From: an uncultured Gemmatimonadota bacterium
Lineage (GTDB): Bacteria > Gemmatimonadota > Gemmatimonadetes > Palauibacterales > Palauibacteraceae
Direction of reading: 5' to 3'
Length of the DNA stretch: 64,000 nt
Assembly: GCA_964518305.1 (NCBI GenBank)
Contig: CAZFDK010000008.1
Coordinates: 14,252-78,251, forward strand
Of this stretch, positions 1-8,671 are shown piece after piece. The notes under the pieces were generated by a model. It saw nothing but the letters and a program-made list of their open reading frames with translations, had not been told where the DNA came from and did not search any database. A program made the translations under genes and the position numbers. Within the stretch, counting starts at the first letter, position 1. Every line of letters starts with the position of its first letter.

Positions 1-885
1 GGGGCCGCTCTCCTGCTGCTCAGCCTCCCGGCCGGGGCCCCGGGGCAGGAGATGACGGAGGTCCGGACCGCCCGGCGCGACGTGAATCAGGCCGAGCGGA
101 TGGAGGTGGATGTCGAGTACGCCGCCGGCAGCATCACGGTGGACCGTGCCGATCCGGGCTTCCTCTACCAGAAGTACGTCAGCTACGATGCCTCGCGCTT
201 CGAGCCCGCCCGCAGCTGGTCGCGGGAGGACGGAGCGGCCCTCCTGGAGCTCGGCATGGAGAGCACCGGCGACGAGGGACGCTGGATCCGCTGGGACGGG
301 CTGGACATCGACTTCGACCTGGGCGGGGTCGAGAATCTGAACGAGGCCAGCAGCACCCTGGACCTGGGCCTCTCCCGCTCCGTACCCACCACGCTCAGTC
401 TCAGGATCGGGGCGGCCGAGTCCACGCTCCGCCTCGGCGGACTCCCCCTCACCTCCCTGAGCCTGGAGACGGGGGCCAGCGAGACGGAGCTCAGCTTCGA
501 CCGGCCCAACCCGGAGCGGATGGACCGGCTGCAGATCGAGGCGGGTGCGGCGTCGCTCCGAACGCGGAGCCTGGGCAACGCCCGCTTCGGCGAGCTCCGG
601 CTCGAGGGAGGCGTGGGCGACGTCCGTCTGGACTTCACCGGACAGTGGACGCGCGACGCCACGGCCACCGTGGAGGTCGGGCTCGGGTCCCTTCGGCTGC
701 TCTTCCCCGAGGAGCTGGGAGTGAGTATCCGCCGGGAAAGCTTCCTTGCGTCCTTCGACGTCCCCGCCAGCTTCGAGCGGACCGACGAGGGGTACCGGAG
801 CGAGAACTGGTCCTCGGCCGAGCACCGACTGACCCTGGACCTGTCGTCCGCCCTGGGCTCCGTGCGGGTCAGCGTCCGGGACTGA
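1..885 (+). CDS. 5'-truncated secreted beta-strand-repeat protein (DUF4097/LiaF-like toastrack type)
   Basis: Frame 1 is open from nt 1 (GAALLLLSLPAGAPGQ looks like the end of a signal peptide), so the ATG at 52 is probably internal. Repetitive L-x-L/G beta-strand pattern. Stop TGA at 883-885. Confidence 0.55.
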   Translation, partial: GAALLLLSLPAGAPGQEMTEVRTARRDVNQAERMEVDVEYAAGSITVDRADPGFLYQKYVSYDASRFEPARSWSREDGAALLELGMESTGDEGRWIRWDGLDIDFDLGGVENLNEASSTLDLGLSRSVPTTLSLRIGAAESTLRLGGLPLTSLSLETGASETELSFDRPNPERMDRLQIEAGAASLRTRSLGNARFGELRLEGGVGDVRLDFTGQWTRDATATVEVGLGSLRLLFPEELGVSIRRESFLASFDVPASFERTDEGYRSENWSSAEHRLTLDLSSALGSVRVSVRD

Positions 886-933
886 CCGGGGCCCGAGTCG
901 AACGCCGTCGCCGGGCCGGGCGCGACGGGGCTC

Positions 934-1731
934 TCAGGCCCCGGCCGTTCCGTCCGCCTCTCTCGCCTCCACCGGGTCTCCGACGTCCACGGACAGACGC
1001 CGTGCGGCGTTCCCGTTCCGCACAGAGACCTCGAGGGTCCCCATCGACCCCCGGGTGAGGACCAGCTCTCCCGGGTCCACCGACGCGTAGCTGTGGCGAA
1101 CGCGGCGCACCTCCTCTCGGCCCACCCGGATCACGGCGCGCTCCGCCGGCACCGCGTCCGACGGCACGTTCGTCACCACGTTGCCGAATCGATCCACGTG
1201 CCACACCTGGCCCCGAATCTCGCCGGAGGGGGCGCGACGCGCCTCGTCCGGCTCGAAGCTGTCCAGCGACTCCGGCGGGAGGGAGCGGCCCAGGTCTCCC
1301 GCGCCGCCGCTCGCGGCCAGGCCGGCCGCCGCCGGGGCGAAGAGGTCGCGGCCGTGGAAGGTGTCGGACAGCGGCTCGAGGCCCGTCCGGTCTGGATCCA
1401 GCTCGACGGCGGACCGGACCTCGTGCTCACGGGCCACCCAGGTGAGGAGGCCGTTGTCCGGACCCACGAACCACCGGCCCTCGGCCCGTGCCGCCACCGG
1501 CCGACGCTCTCCGCCGACGCCGGGATCCACCACCACCAGGTGAACGGTGCCCGGCGGAAAGCGGCTCCAGATGCGGCGCAGGGCCCACGCTCCGGAGCGC
1601 ACGTCCCCCTGCTCCACCTCGTGCGAGACGTCCACCAGCCTGTCGGCGCCCCCGGTGAGGAGAACACCCTTCATCTCGCCCACGTATCCGTCGGCGGTGC
1701 CGAAGTCCGTGAGCAGGGTAACCGCCGTCAC
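934..1731 (-). CDS. SAM hydrolase / SAM-dependent chlorinase-fluorinase family protein (DUF62)
   Basis: LLTDFGTADGYVGEMKGV, HLVVVDPGVG and DRFGN motifs. GTG start overlaps the upstream stop (GTGA at 1728-1731). Confidence 0.85.
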   Translation of the reverse strand: MTAVTLLTDFGTADGYVGEMKGVLLTGGADRLVDVSHEVEQGDVRSGAWALRRIWSRFPPGTVHLVVVDPGVGGERRPVAARAEGRWFVGPDNGLLTWVAREHEVRSAVELDPDRTGLEPLSDTFHGRDLFAPAAAGLAASGGAGDLGRSLPPESLDSFEPDEARRAPSGEIRGQVWHVDRFGNVVTNVPSDAVPAERAVIRVGREEVRRVRHSYASVDPGELVLTRGSMGTLEVSVRNGNAARRLSVDVGDPVEAREADGTAGA

Positions 1732-3089
1732 GGGCCGGCGGCGGCGTCACCCGATCCGGCGGCGGCGCCGGAGGGTTCGGCGGAATCTCCCTCGTCTCCG
1801 CCGTCGTCCTCGTCGGCGTCCTTCATCTCCTCCAGACGCTCCGACGTGCTGACGGCGATTTCGCGCAGTGACTCACCCTCGGGCGAGTCCGGACGTCCGA
1901 TGACGGTGGGCATGCCCCGGTCTCCCTCCTCTCGCACCGCCACGCCCAGGGGCACGGCTCCCAGGAAGTCCATGGCCAGGGAGGCGGCCAGCTTCTCCCC
2001 GCCCCCGGAGCCGAAGATCTCGTGGGACTCCCCACAGCTCGGACAGACGAAGCCGCGCATGTTCTCCACCACGCCGGCCACGGGAACATCGAGCTTCTCG
2101 AACATCCTGATTCCCTTGAGCACGCCGCCCACGGCCACGTCTTGCGGCGTGGTGACCATCACGGCCCCGGTGACCTTGCAGAGCTGCACCAGGGAGAGCT
2201 GCGCGTCGCCGGTCCCGGGCGGGAGGTCCACGACCAGGTAATCGAGCTCGCCCCACTCCACCTGCTGCAGGAACTGGCGGACGATGCCCATGATGATCGG
2301 CCCCCGCCACATGGCGGGCGTGTCCTCTTCCACGAGAAAGCCGATGCTCATCAGTTTCACGCCGTGGGCCTCCAGCGGAATCACCCGATCGTCGGCCATG
2401 CGGGGCTTGTCGTGCACCCCGAACATCGTCGGGATGTCCGGCCCGTAGATGTCGGCGTCCAGGAGACCCACACTGTGGCCATCCTCGGCCCACGCGGCGG
2501 CCAGATTCGTGGCCACCGTCGACTTGCCGACGCCGCCCTTGCCGGAGCTCACCGCAACTACGTGGCGCACTCCTTCCAGCTCATCGGCCTCGGAGGGATG
2601 CCGCGACGCTTCCTCTCGGCTCACCGGCTCCGAGCCGGGCGCGGGACCATCCGGGCCGCCCGCTCCCGCCCCGGGTGCGCTCCCGGCGCCGCCGTCACCG
2701 CCTCCCTGGCCCATCACCGGCAGGGACCTCCCGCTGGCCTCCGGCGTCTCCGCCGCGCCTCCGTCGTCTCCGGCCACGGCGCCTCCTCCGGCCGTCGATT
2801 CCGCCGCGGGACCGGCCGCGTCCACGGTCGCGCGCTCGCTGTCCTCCGGCGAGCGCACCTCCACCCGCACCGAGCTCACTCCGTCGACGAGCGAGGCCGC
2901 GTTCCGCACCTCCGCCGCCAGGTCGGACGAGTCACGGGGATCCAGGAGGAGCCGGAACCGCACGTCGCCGTCGTCGGAGACCTCCAGGTCCCTCACCAGG
3001 CCGGCCGACACGACGTCCTCGTCGGCGCGGTCGCTGTGGACCCCGGCGAGGGCGTCCTCGATATCCTCGATCAGCGCGTCCTTCTCCAT
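1728..3089 (-). CDS. Mrp/NBP35 (ApbC-type) Fe-S cluster carrier ATPase with N-terminal DUF59-like domain
   Basis: Deviant Walker A SSGKGGVGKST and a CPSCG cysteine pair. The N-terminal 90 aa are DUF59-like. A long Gly/Ala/Pro/Asp linker joins the domains. Confidence 0.88.
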   Translation of the reverse strand: MEKDALIEDIEDALAGVHSDRADEDVVSAGLVRDLEVSDDGDVRFRLLLDPRDSSDLAAEVRNAASLVDGVSSVRVEVRSPEDSERATVDAAGPAAESTAGGGAVAGDDGGAAETPEASGRSLPVMGQGGGDGGAGSAPGAGAGGPDGPAPGSEPVSREEASRHPSEADELEGVRHVVAVSSGKGGVGKSTVATNLAAAWAEDGHSVGLLDADIYGPDIPTMFGVHDKPRMADDRVIPLEAHGVKLMSIGFLVEEDTPAMWRGPIIMGIVRQFLQQVEWGELDYLVVDLPPGTGDAQLSLVQLCKVTGAVMVTTPQDVAVGGVLKGIRMFEKLDVPVAGVVENMRGFVCPSCGESHEIFGSGGGEKLAASLAMDFLGAVPLGVAVREEGDRGMPTVIGRPDSPEGESLREIAVSTSERLEEMKDADEDDGGDEGDSAEPSGAAAGSGDAAAGP

Positions 3090-3237
3090 GCGGCTCCTCT
3101 CGCGGCCAGTTCGTTCTCGTTTCAGGGAATCGGGACCGGCAGCCCGGCGGTCGGCGGCGCCGGTCGGGTCCCGGGGAAGACGGTCGGTCGAATGTCCACC
3201 GCCCGGGCGGCGGGACGGCAGCGCTGTGAGCGCCGGC

Positions 3238-3501
3238 TCAGATGGCCTCTACGCTCCGGACGGCCGGGACCTCCATCCGGAGCCGCTGCTCGACGCCCGC
3301 CTTGAGCGTCATCATCGACATCGGGCAGGCGTAGCAGGCTCCCACCATGCGTACCCGAACGCGTCCCTCGTCCTCCTCGAAGTCGACGAGCTCGATGTCG
3401 CCACCGTCCTGGCGGATGGCCGGACGAATGGAGTCGAGGACGGCCTCGATTCGTTCGCGGTCGCTGATCGTGGAGGTGCCCCCCGATGCGGGCTCGCTCA
3501 T
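3238..3501 (-). CDS. NifU-like (Nfu C-terminal domain) Fe-S scaffold protein
   Basis: IRPAIRQDGGDIELV...GACYACPMS motif. The ORF is open to 3582, but the internal ATG at 3501 gives the usual ~88-aa size. The start is uncertain. Confidence 0.72.
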   Translation of the reverse strand: MSEPASGGTSTISDRERIEAVLDSIRPAIRQDGGDIELVDFEEDEGRVRVRMVGACYACPMSMMTLKAGVEQRLRMEVPAVRSVEAI

Positions 3502-3635
3502 GGTGTGGCGGCTCGAAGTTGGGATGATGCGGCCCGAACGGACCGTCGTGGCGAAGCTACCAACGGCTTCTAACCCCGTCAACGAGAGCGAGTTTCGATC
3601 TCAACCGGGCGTTCCGAGCCCCGTCGCGGATCGCG

Positions 3636-6113
3636 TCACCGTGGCGTGAGCACATAGCGGCGGCCGACCTCCCGCTCCCGCCGATCCCGCGGTAGATACA
3701 TCGGGATCAGCTCTCCCTCCCCCCACCGTCGCGACATGTCGCCGTAGTGCTCGCTGAACGGATTACCGCTCTGGCCCGTGGGCAGGAGGAACCGCGCCTC
3801 CGGGCCGTCGGGCCGGAGCTCCGCCACGAAGCGCTCCGTGGGACCGTAGTCGCTGATCCACGGCGGGCGCCACGATCCGCCGCCGATATCACCCCACCGG
3901 CCGTAATCGTCGGGGCGCAGGGTGTGGGGTGCGCCGGGCCCCGGGTAGGGTCCCACGTCGAAGTCGAACAGGGCGTCGAGCCACGGCACGCGCCCCAGGG
4001 GATGCCGGTGCACCTCCCGGTGCAGCTCTCCCCAGGGCCGGTCGCCCACCGCGGCCACGGCGTCCTCCATGGCGAGCTCCTCCAGGCCGGCCAGCGTCTC
4101 ACGCTCCGGCGTCGCCACGTCGTCCACCCACGCTCCGCCGCCCTCGCCCTCCAGGATCCTGAGCAGCGCGCCGTCGGGAAAGTAGGCCCAGCGCCCGCCT
4201 CCCCCGTATTCGTCGGCGGCGATCCGATCACGGAGGGCGTACAGCCAGGCATAGAAGAGGGGGGCACCGCGGGCGTCGGCGTCCACGCGCCGATCCCAGT
4301 CGGAGAGGAGGGCCGCCGCCGAGTCAGCTCCTGTCCGCCGAGCAGCGGACACTGCACGGTCCAGTACGCGGTCCGCGAAGAGACTCCGGACGTCTCGGGA
4401 AAGGGAGGCCGTGGAGCTTGGCGTCCAGGAGGCGGTACCCGAGAGGCGCTCGGCCAGCCGCCGGGCCCGAAAGGGGAGCGGATAGTCCCGGCCCACCACG
4501 CCATACAGCCCCGGCGCCTGAAGGTTGTTTGCGGTGGCGAAGTACCCCCGCTCCGGGTTCCGCCCCGCGGGGTGTGCCGATGCCGGCCAGAGGCCGCTCC
4601 ACCCCCCGCTCCAGCGCGGCGCCGGCACGGGGAGGGCACCGGACCACCCGGGTCGAACCGGGATCCTCCCGCTCAGCCGATAGCCCGTGTTCCCCCGTCG
4701 GTCGGCGAAGACGACGTTCTGGTGCGGCGACGAGAAGTCCCTCACCGCGCTGTCGAAGGCGGCGGCCGTCCGGGCCCGGTTCATCGCCAGGAGGCCGCGC
4801 GGCCCTCCCACCGTCTCGGCCGGGAGCCAGCGCGCGGAGAGGGGCGCGTCGAGCCCCTCGACGGCGTCGGTGATCACCGGTCCGCGTGTCGTGGAGCGCA
4901 CCCGGTGCACCACGGGGCTCTCCCGCCCCCGGACCCGGATCGTCTCCGGACGGACGGCGAAGGGGCGCAGGCTGTCACCGTCCCGGTAGCGGCGCCCCTC
5001 CGGCCCGACCTCCTCCCGCGCGAAATCGATGTCGTCCACCATGCCGTTGGTGAACCCCCAGGCAACGCCGCGATTGAAGCCGACCACGACCCCCGGCACG
5101 CCGGGCAGGGTGAGGCCTCCCGCGGAATAGCTCCGGCCGGCGGAGATCGATGCCAGGTACCAGGTGGCCGGGGCCCGCAGCCCCAGGTGCATGTCGTTGG
5201 CCACGATCGGATGGCCGCTCCGGGTGTGCTCGCCGCCCAGGACCCACGCGTTGGAGGCGCTCCTGGCCGACAGGCGACCCAGGAACACCAGTGGATCCCA
5301 GCGGTCGGCTCCCCGCCCCTCCGCGGGGTATCGCTCCGGGCGCGTGCCCTCCGGGGCCGCGTTCGATCGGGACGGAACGGAGTCCGCCGCCCACGGTGGC
5401 TCGCCCCCCGAAGCTCGCTCCACCCCCTCGGGGAGCGGCACGCTGTCGGCCAGGATGGTCGGTGCCCACTCCGGATAGCCTGCCTCCAGGAACCGCAGCT
5501 TCTCCGGCGGCACGGTCCGGCTCGCATTCCACCGGGAGAGCTCGGTCTCCCAGAAGGTCAGATCCAGGGCCATGACCTTGCCCACCGCCAGGCTGGCCCG
5601 CGCCGACCAGCGGCCGGGCTCGATCCCGAGGATCACGAACTCCGGCGGCCACGGATCCTCCCAAGTCCCGATCCGGGCGTTGACGCCGGCGGCGTAGGCA
5701 ACCAGCAGCTCTCGCTCCCCCGGACCCAGCGAACGCAGCGCCCGTCCGGCCGCGCCCCACAGGTCCAGGGTACGGGACAGCCGGTCCACCGGGAGCGCCT
5801 GCGTCCCGAAGATCTGCGCCAGGCGCCCCCGGGCCGACCTGCGCAGGAGCTCCATCTGCCACAAGCGGTGACTGGCGTGGAGCCAGCCCTGGGCGAAGAG
5901 GGCGTCCGGGAGCGTGTCGGCTCGCACCCTGGGCACGCCCCAGTCGTCGACCCGGACGCTCACCCCGGACGCGGGACCTCCCTCCGTCTCCGCCGGCACC
6001 TCCACTACGCCCGAGGGCGCCTGCAGAGAGGAGCGGAGGTGGAAGTAGCCTCCGGTGGCGGCGAGCCCGGCGAGCACGACGAGCGCGGCGACGGCCGCGC
6101 CCACGCGCCTCAC
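3636..6113 (-). CDS. Penicillin acylase family (Ntn hydrolase, peptidase S45) protein, possibly an acyl-homoserine-lactone acylase
   Basis: Signal-peptide-like N-terminus. The SNAW nucleophile context (SARSASNAWVLGGEHTRSGHPIVANDMHL) is typical of the beta-subunit start. GTG start overlaps the upstream stop (GTGA at 6110-6113). Confidence 0.9.
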   Translation of the reverse strand: MRRVGAAVAALVVLAGLAATGGYFHLRSSLQAPSGVVEVPAETEGGPASGVSVRVDDWGVPRVRADTLPDALFAQGWLHASHRLWQMELLRRSARGRLAQIFGTQALPVDRLSRTLDLWGAAGRALRSLGPGERELLVAYAAGVNARIGTWEDPWPPEFVILGIEPGRWSARASLAVGKVMALDLTFWETELSRWNASRTVPPEKLRFLEAGYPEWAPTILADSVPLPEGVERASGGEPPWAADSVPSRSNAAPEGTRPERYPAEGRGADRWDPLVFLGRLSARSASNAWVLGGEHTRSGHPIVANDMHLGLRAPATWYLASISAGRSYSAGGLTLPGVPGVVVGFNRGVAWGFTNGMVDDIDFAREEVGPEGRRYRDGDSLRPFAVRPETIRVRGRESPVVHRVRSTTRGPVITDAVEGLDAPLSARWLPAETVGGPRGLLAMNRARTAAAFDSAVRDFSSPHQNVVFADRRGNTGYRLSGRIPVRPGWSGALPVPAPRWSGGWSGLWPASAHPAGRNPERGYFATANNLQAPGLYGVVGRDYPLPFRARRLAERLSGTASWTPSSTASLSRDVRSLFADRVLDRAVSAARRTGADSAAALLSDWDRRVDADARGAPLFYAWLYALRDRIAADEYGGGGRWAYFPDGALLRILEGEGGGAWVDDVATPERETLAGLEELAMEDAVAAVGDRPWGELHREVHRHPLGRVPWLDALFDFDVGPYPGPGAPHTLRPDDYGRWGDIGGGSWRPPWISDYGPTERFVAELRPDGPEARFLLPTGQSGNPFSEHYGDMSRRWGEGELIPMYLPRDRREREVGRRYVLTPR

Positions 6114-6739
6114 GGCTCGTCCTCCTCCCGGCCCTCCGGCGCCTGCTCCCGGGAGGCGGCGGAGAGCGTGCGCCGAAGTGAGACGTAGTGGCGTCGATCC
6201 TCCACGACCAGGCGGCGGCGGGTGAGTCGGTCCAGGAGGCTCCTCACCTCTTCCACCGCCCGCTCCATCTCGCCGGCGACATCGGAAGGCCCTGCCCGAC
6301 CCAGCCGCTGCACCGCCCTCCAGGCCGCCCGGTCCCTCCCCTCCACGGAGCCGACGAGCATCGGCTCCCCCCCGGCGCTCTCGCCGGCCACGGCCAGGGT
6401 ACGTCGGACCAGGGCCGACTCCACCGGATCGAGGTGATGCTCCTCCAGTCCCCGGAAGAAGAACCAGGTCTCCGCCAGCTCGTCCCGGGACCGGACCCCG
6501 TCCACGAGCTTCGCCACGACCTCGTCGGCGCAGCTGAAGTCGATCACCGCCACGTTCCTGAAATCGAGGACGGCCACCAGCGGCCCCTCCGAGGCGACGA
6601 TCTGCTCCCGAATGCTCATGCGTACGGCTCGCCCCGTGTGGCGCGTGACGAGATAGCTGTACAGACTGGTCTCGGAGACCTCCGGCCGGGAACCTCCCGC
6701 CCGCGACCTCTCCCTGGCCTCGTCAGCGCTCACGTCCAT
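6110..6739 (-). CDS. STAS-like domain protein (DUF4325-like)
   Basis: TRHTGRAVR...VAVLDFRNVAVIDFSCADEVVAKL matches the DUF4325/STAS-like pattern. It overlaps the upstream ATPase gene by 17 nt. GTG at 6733 is an alternative start. Confidence 0.6.
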   Translation of the reverse strand: MDVSADEARERSRAGGSRPEVSETSLYSYLVTRHTGRAVRMSIREQIVASEGPLVAVLDFRNVAVIDFSCADEVVAKLVDGVRSRDELAETWFFFRGLEEHHLDPVESALVRRTLAVAGESAGGEPMLVGSVEGRDRAAWRAVQRLGRAGPSDVAGEMERAVEEVRSLLDRLTRRRLVVEDRRHYVSLRRTLSAASREQAPEGREEDEP

Positions 6740-7646
6740 CCTCCTCGTTTTCCCTCTCTTCCCTCGCCGGGATCACGATCTGCACCTGCGCGCCCGGAAA
6801 CTCCGGCAGCCCCTCTTCGGTGTCAGGAATGTCGTCCCATCCGGGCACGCGGGCGATGGCGGCGTCGCCGCTCCGGATTCGGATCTCGCCGTTCCACCGG
6901 TCCACCTGCCGGCGGATGGCCTGGAGTCCCTGACCCCGCCCCGGATCGTGGAAGCGGGATTCGCCCTCCAGGAACGCGGCCTCGAGCGCCTTCAGCGAAG
7001 ACCAGCGGTCTCCGTAACGGCGGGCGTGCTCCTTCGCCAGCGACCCCTGGAAGCCTACCCCGACGTCCATGACCGCCAGGACCACCACGTCCCGTCCCAG
7101 CCGCTCCTTCCAGTAGTAGGTCTGGGCGCACACCCAGCCGTCGGCCTGCGCGTGCTCCAGTACGTTCTGGCACACCTCCGACAGCATGACGCTGAACTGG
7201 ATCACCGAGGGCTTGGGGTGGCCGAGCTTCTTCTGCAGGATGGCCGACGCCCGGTCGCGGACCCCCTCCACCACCTGGTGGACATCGCGGTGGGACCGGA
7301 TCGGGGTGATCTCCAGGAGGGCGTCCGACTCCCGGTGGGAGCGTCCGCTCCGCTCGGGCAGGTCGAACACCTCGGCCGCGTTCGGCCAGAAGTCCATCCG
7401 CTCCACGTAGCTCCGGACGTCCTTCGACTCCGGCCGCTCCAGGCCCGGGGCCAGGCCCGTCCGCTCTCGGGCCACCTCGCCGGCGGCCAGCAGCCCCACG
7501 AGGCCGTAGGGGGAGACCCAGCGGACCCGGCGGGTGTCGTAGATCACCCGCCCGTCCCCGGCGTCCGTGGCGCGGTTCGTCTCCTCGACGATCTCCTCGA
7601 ATCCGTCCTGATCCAGGACGGACGGCACCGAGACCACCCGGCTCAC
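6723..7646 (-). CDS. GHKL (HATPase_c-like) ATP-binding protein with STAS-like N-terminal region
   Basis: EVCQNVLEHA (N-box-like), MDVGVGF (G1-like) and GRGQGLQAI (G2-like). GTG at 7646 follows a GGGGAGGGG SD and overlaps the pfkB stop (GTGA). The listed 521-aa ORF extension runs antisense to pfkB and is rejected. Confidence 0.65.
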   Translation of the reverse strand: MSRVVSVPSVLDQDGFEEIVEETNRATDAGDGRVIYDTRRVRWVSPYGLVGLLAAGEVARERTGLAPGLERPESKDVRSYVERMDFWPNAAEVFDLPERSGRSHRESDALLEITPIRSHRDVHQVVEGVRDRASAILQKKLGHPKPSVIQFSVMLSEVCQNVLEHAQADGWVCAQTYYWKERLGRDVVVLAVMDVGVGFQGSLAKEHARRYGDRWSSLKALEAAFLEGESRFHDPGRGQGLQAIRRQVDRWNGEIRIRSGDAAIARVPGWDDIPDTEEGLPEFPGAQVQIVIPAREERENEEDGRER

Positions 7647-8614
7647 GTCCCCTCCCCCGTCTCCAAAGTTCGCCCCGGGTCTCCCCTCTCCGCCAGGGCC
7701 CGTCCTCCGCTGCGTCGCGCGTTTCGTGCGGCCACGCGGTTGGCGCGCCGAACGGCTTCCGGCACCTCGGCGCCCCCCAGGAGGGATCCGAAGCACGTGA
7801 TCCCCCACACGTCCCCGCAGCCGGTGGGGTCCGGGTCCTCCACCGTCTCGGCCGCCGGCACCTCGCCGTCCAGCACGCGCCGAGAGGCTCCGTCCTCCGA
7901 CCCGGCCAGCCCGGGGGCGGCCGCCCACCGGGCACCGCGCTCTCCCCGCGTCACGAGGATCGCCCGGGTCCGCCCCTCGGCCACGGCCTGCCGCGCCGCC
8001 ACCCACGGCTCCCGTCCCTCGCCGGCCAGCAGGTGCAGCTCCTCCTCGTTCACCTGCACAACGTCGAAGCAGGAGACCCATTCCGCACCCTCCTCCAGCC
8101 GGCGGGGCCGGCGGATTCCGTCGGGCCCGACCTCCAGGAAGAGTGAGTGCAGGTCGGCGTAGACCGGGCCGCGAACCTCGTCTCCGAGTCGGCGGGCGGC
8201 CGGCAGGTCCATCTCCCAACCGGCGATGAAGTTCACGTAGAGCGCGTCGCAGGAGGCCGCCAGGGGAGCCAGCTCCCCCCGGCTCCATCCGGGCACGCCC
8301 CCGCTGAGACGCTCCGTGCGCTCACGGTGGTCCCGGTAGCGGAGCTCCACCCGGTTGTTGGGCTCGTCGACGAAGCGGACTCCCTCCAGCGATCCGACCC
8401 GTTCCAGGCTCTCGAACAGCTCGTGGGCCCGGCGGCGCATGTCCTCACCCACCTTGATGATGGGGATCAGCGTCCAGCCGCGGGGGCCGGCGACCTCGAA
8501 GGCCGACAGGGCGTACGAGATGCCGCCCCACTCCTCGACGGGCCCGTCGAGGCCGGAATCCCGCCCGTGGATCGTGTCCCACACGAGCGTGCCGACCACC
8601 CCGAGGCGCTTCAC
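7643..8614 (-). CDS. PfkB-family carbohydrate/nucleoside kinase
   Basis: N-terminal GxxxxD sugar-binding pattern and a C-terminal DPTGCGDVWG anion-hole motif. Confidence 0.85.
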   Translation of the reverse strand: MKRLGVVGTLVWDTIHGRDSGLDGPVEEWGGISYALSAFEVAGPRGWTLIPIIKVGEDMRRRAHELFESLERVGSLEGVRFVDEPNNRVELRYRDHRERTERLSGGVPGWSRGELAPLAASCDALYVNFIAGWEMDLPAARRLGDEVRGPVYADLHSLFLEVGPDGIRRPRRLEEGAEWVSCFDVVQVNEEELHLLAGEGREPWVAARQAVAEGRTRAILVTRGERGARWAAAPGLAGSEDGASRRVLDGEVPAAETVEDPDPTGCGDVWGITCFGSLLGGAEVPEAVRRANRVAARNARRSGGRALAERGDPGRTLETGEGT

Positions 8615-8671
8615 GCCGGAGCCCCGGCCACCCGCGGCGTCACCGGCGGCGGGACGGATGCGCGCCGGGCC

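Noticed and set aside
3747-6188. Very long ORFs on the opposite strand or in alternative frames of recognised genes. Examples: 3747-6188 +, 8147-10396 +, 24674-27163 -, 35351-38917 +, 43505-45265 -, 46799-48763 -, 59517-61949 +, 61258-63873 +.
   Set aside because: They are Arg/Pro/Gly/Ala-rich, carry no recognisable motifs and lie antisense to genes with clear family signatures. Stop-poor shadow frames are the expected artefact of very high GC content.
6723-8288. Full 521-aa version of the ATPase ORF starting at 8288.
   Set aside because: Its N-terminal 214 codons are Gly/Arg/Pro-rich and lie out of frame over the well-supported pfkB gene. GTG at 7646 has a strong SD and a GTGA overlap.
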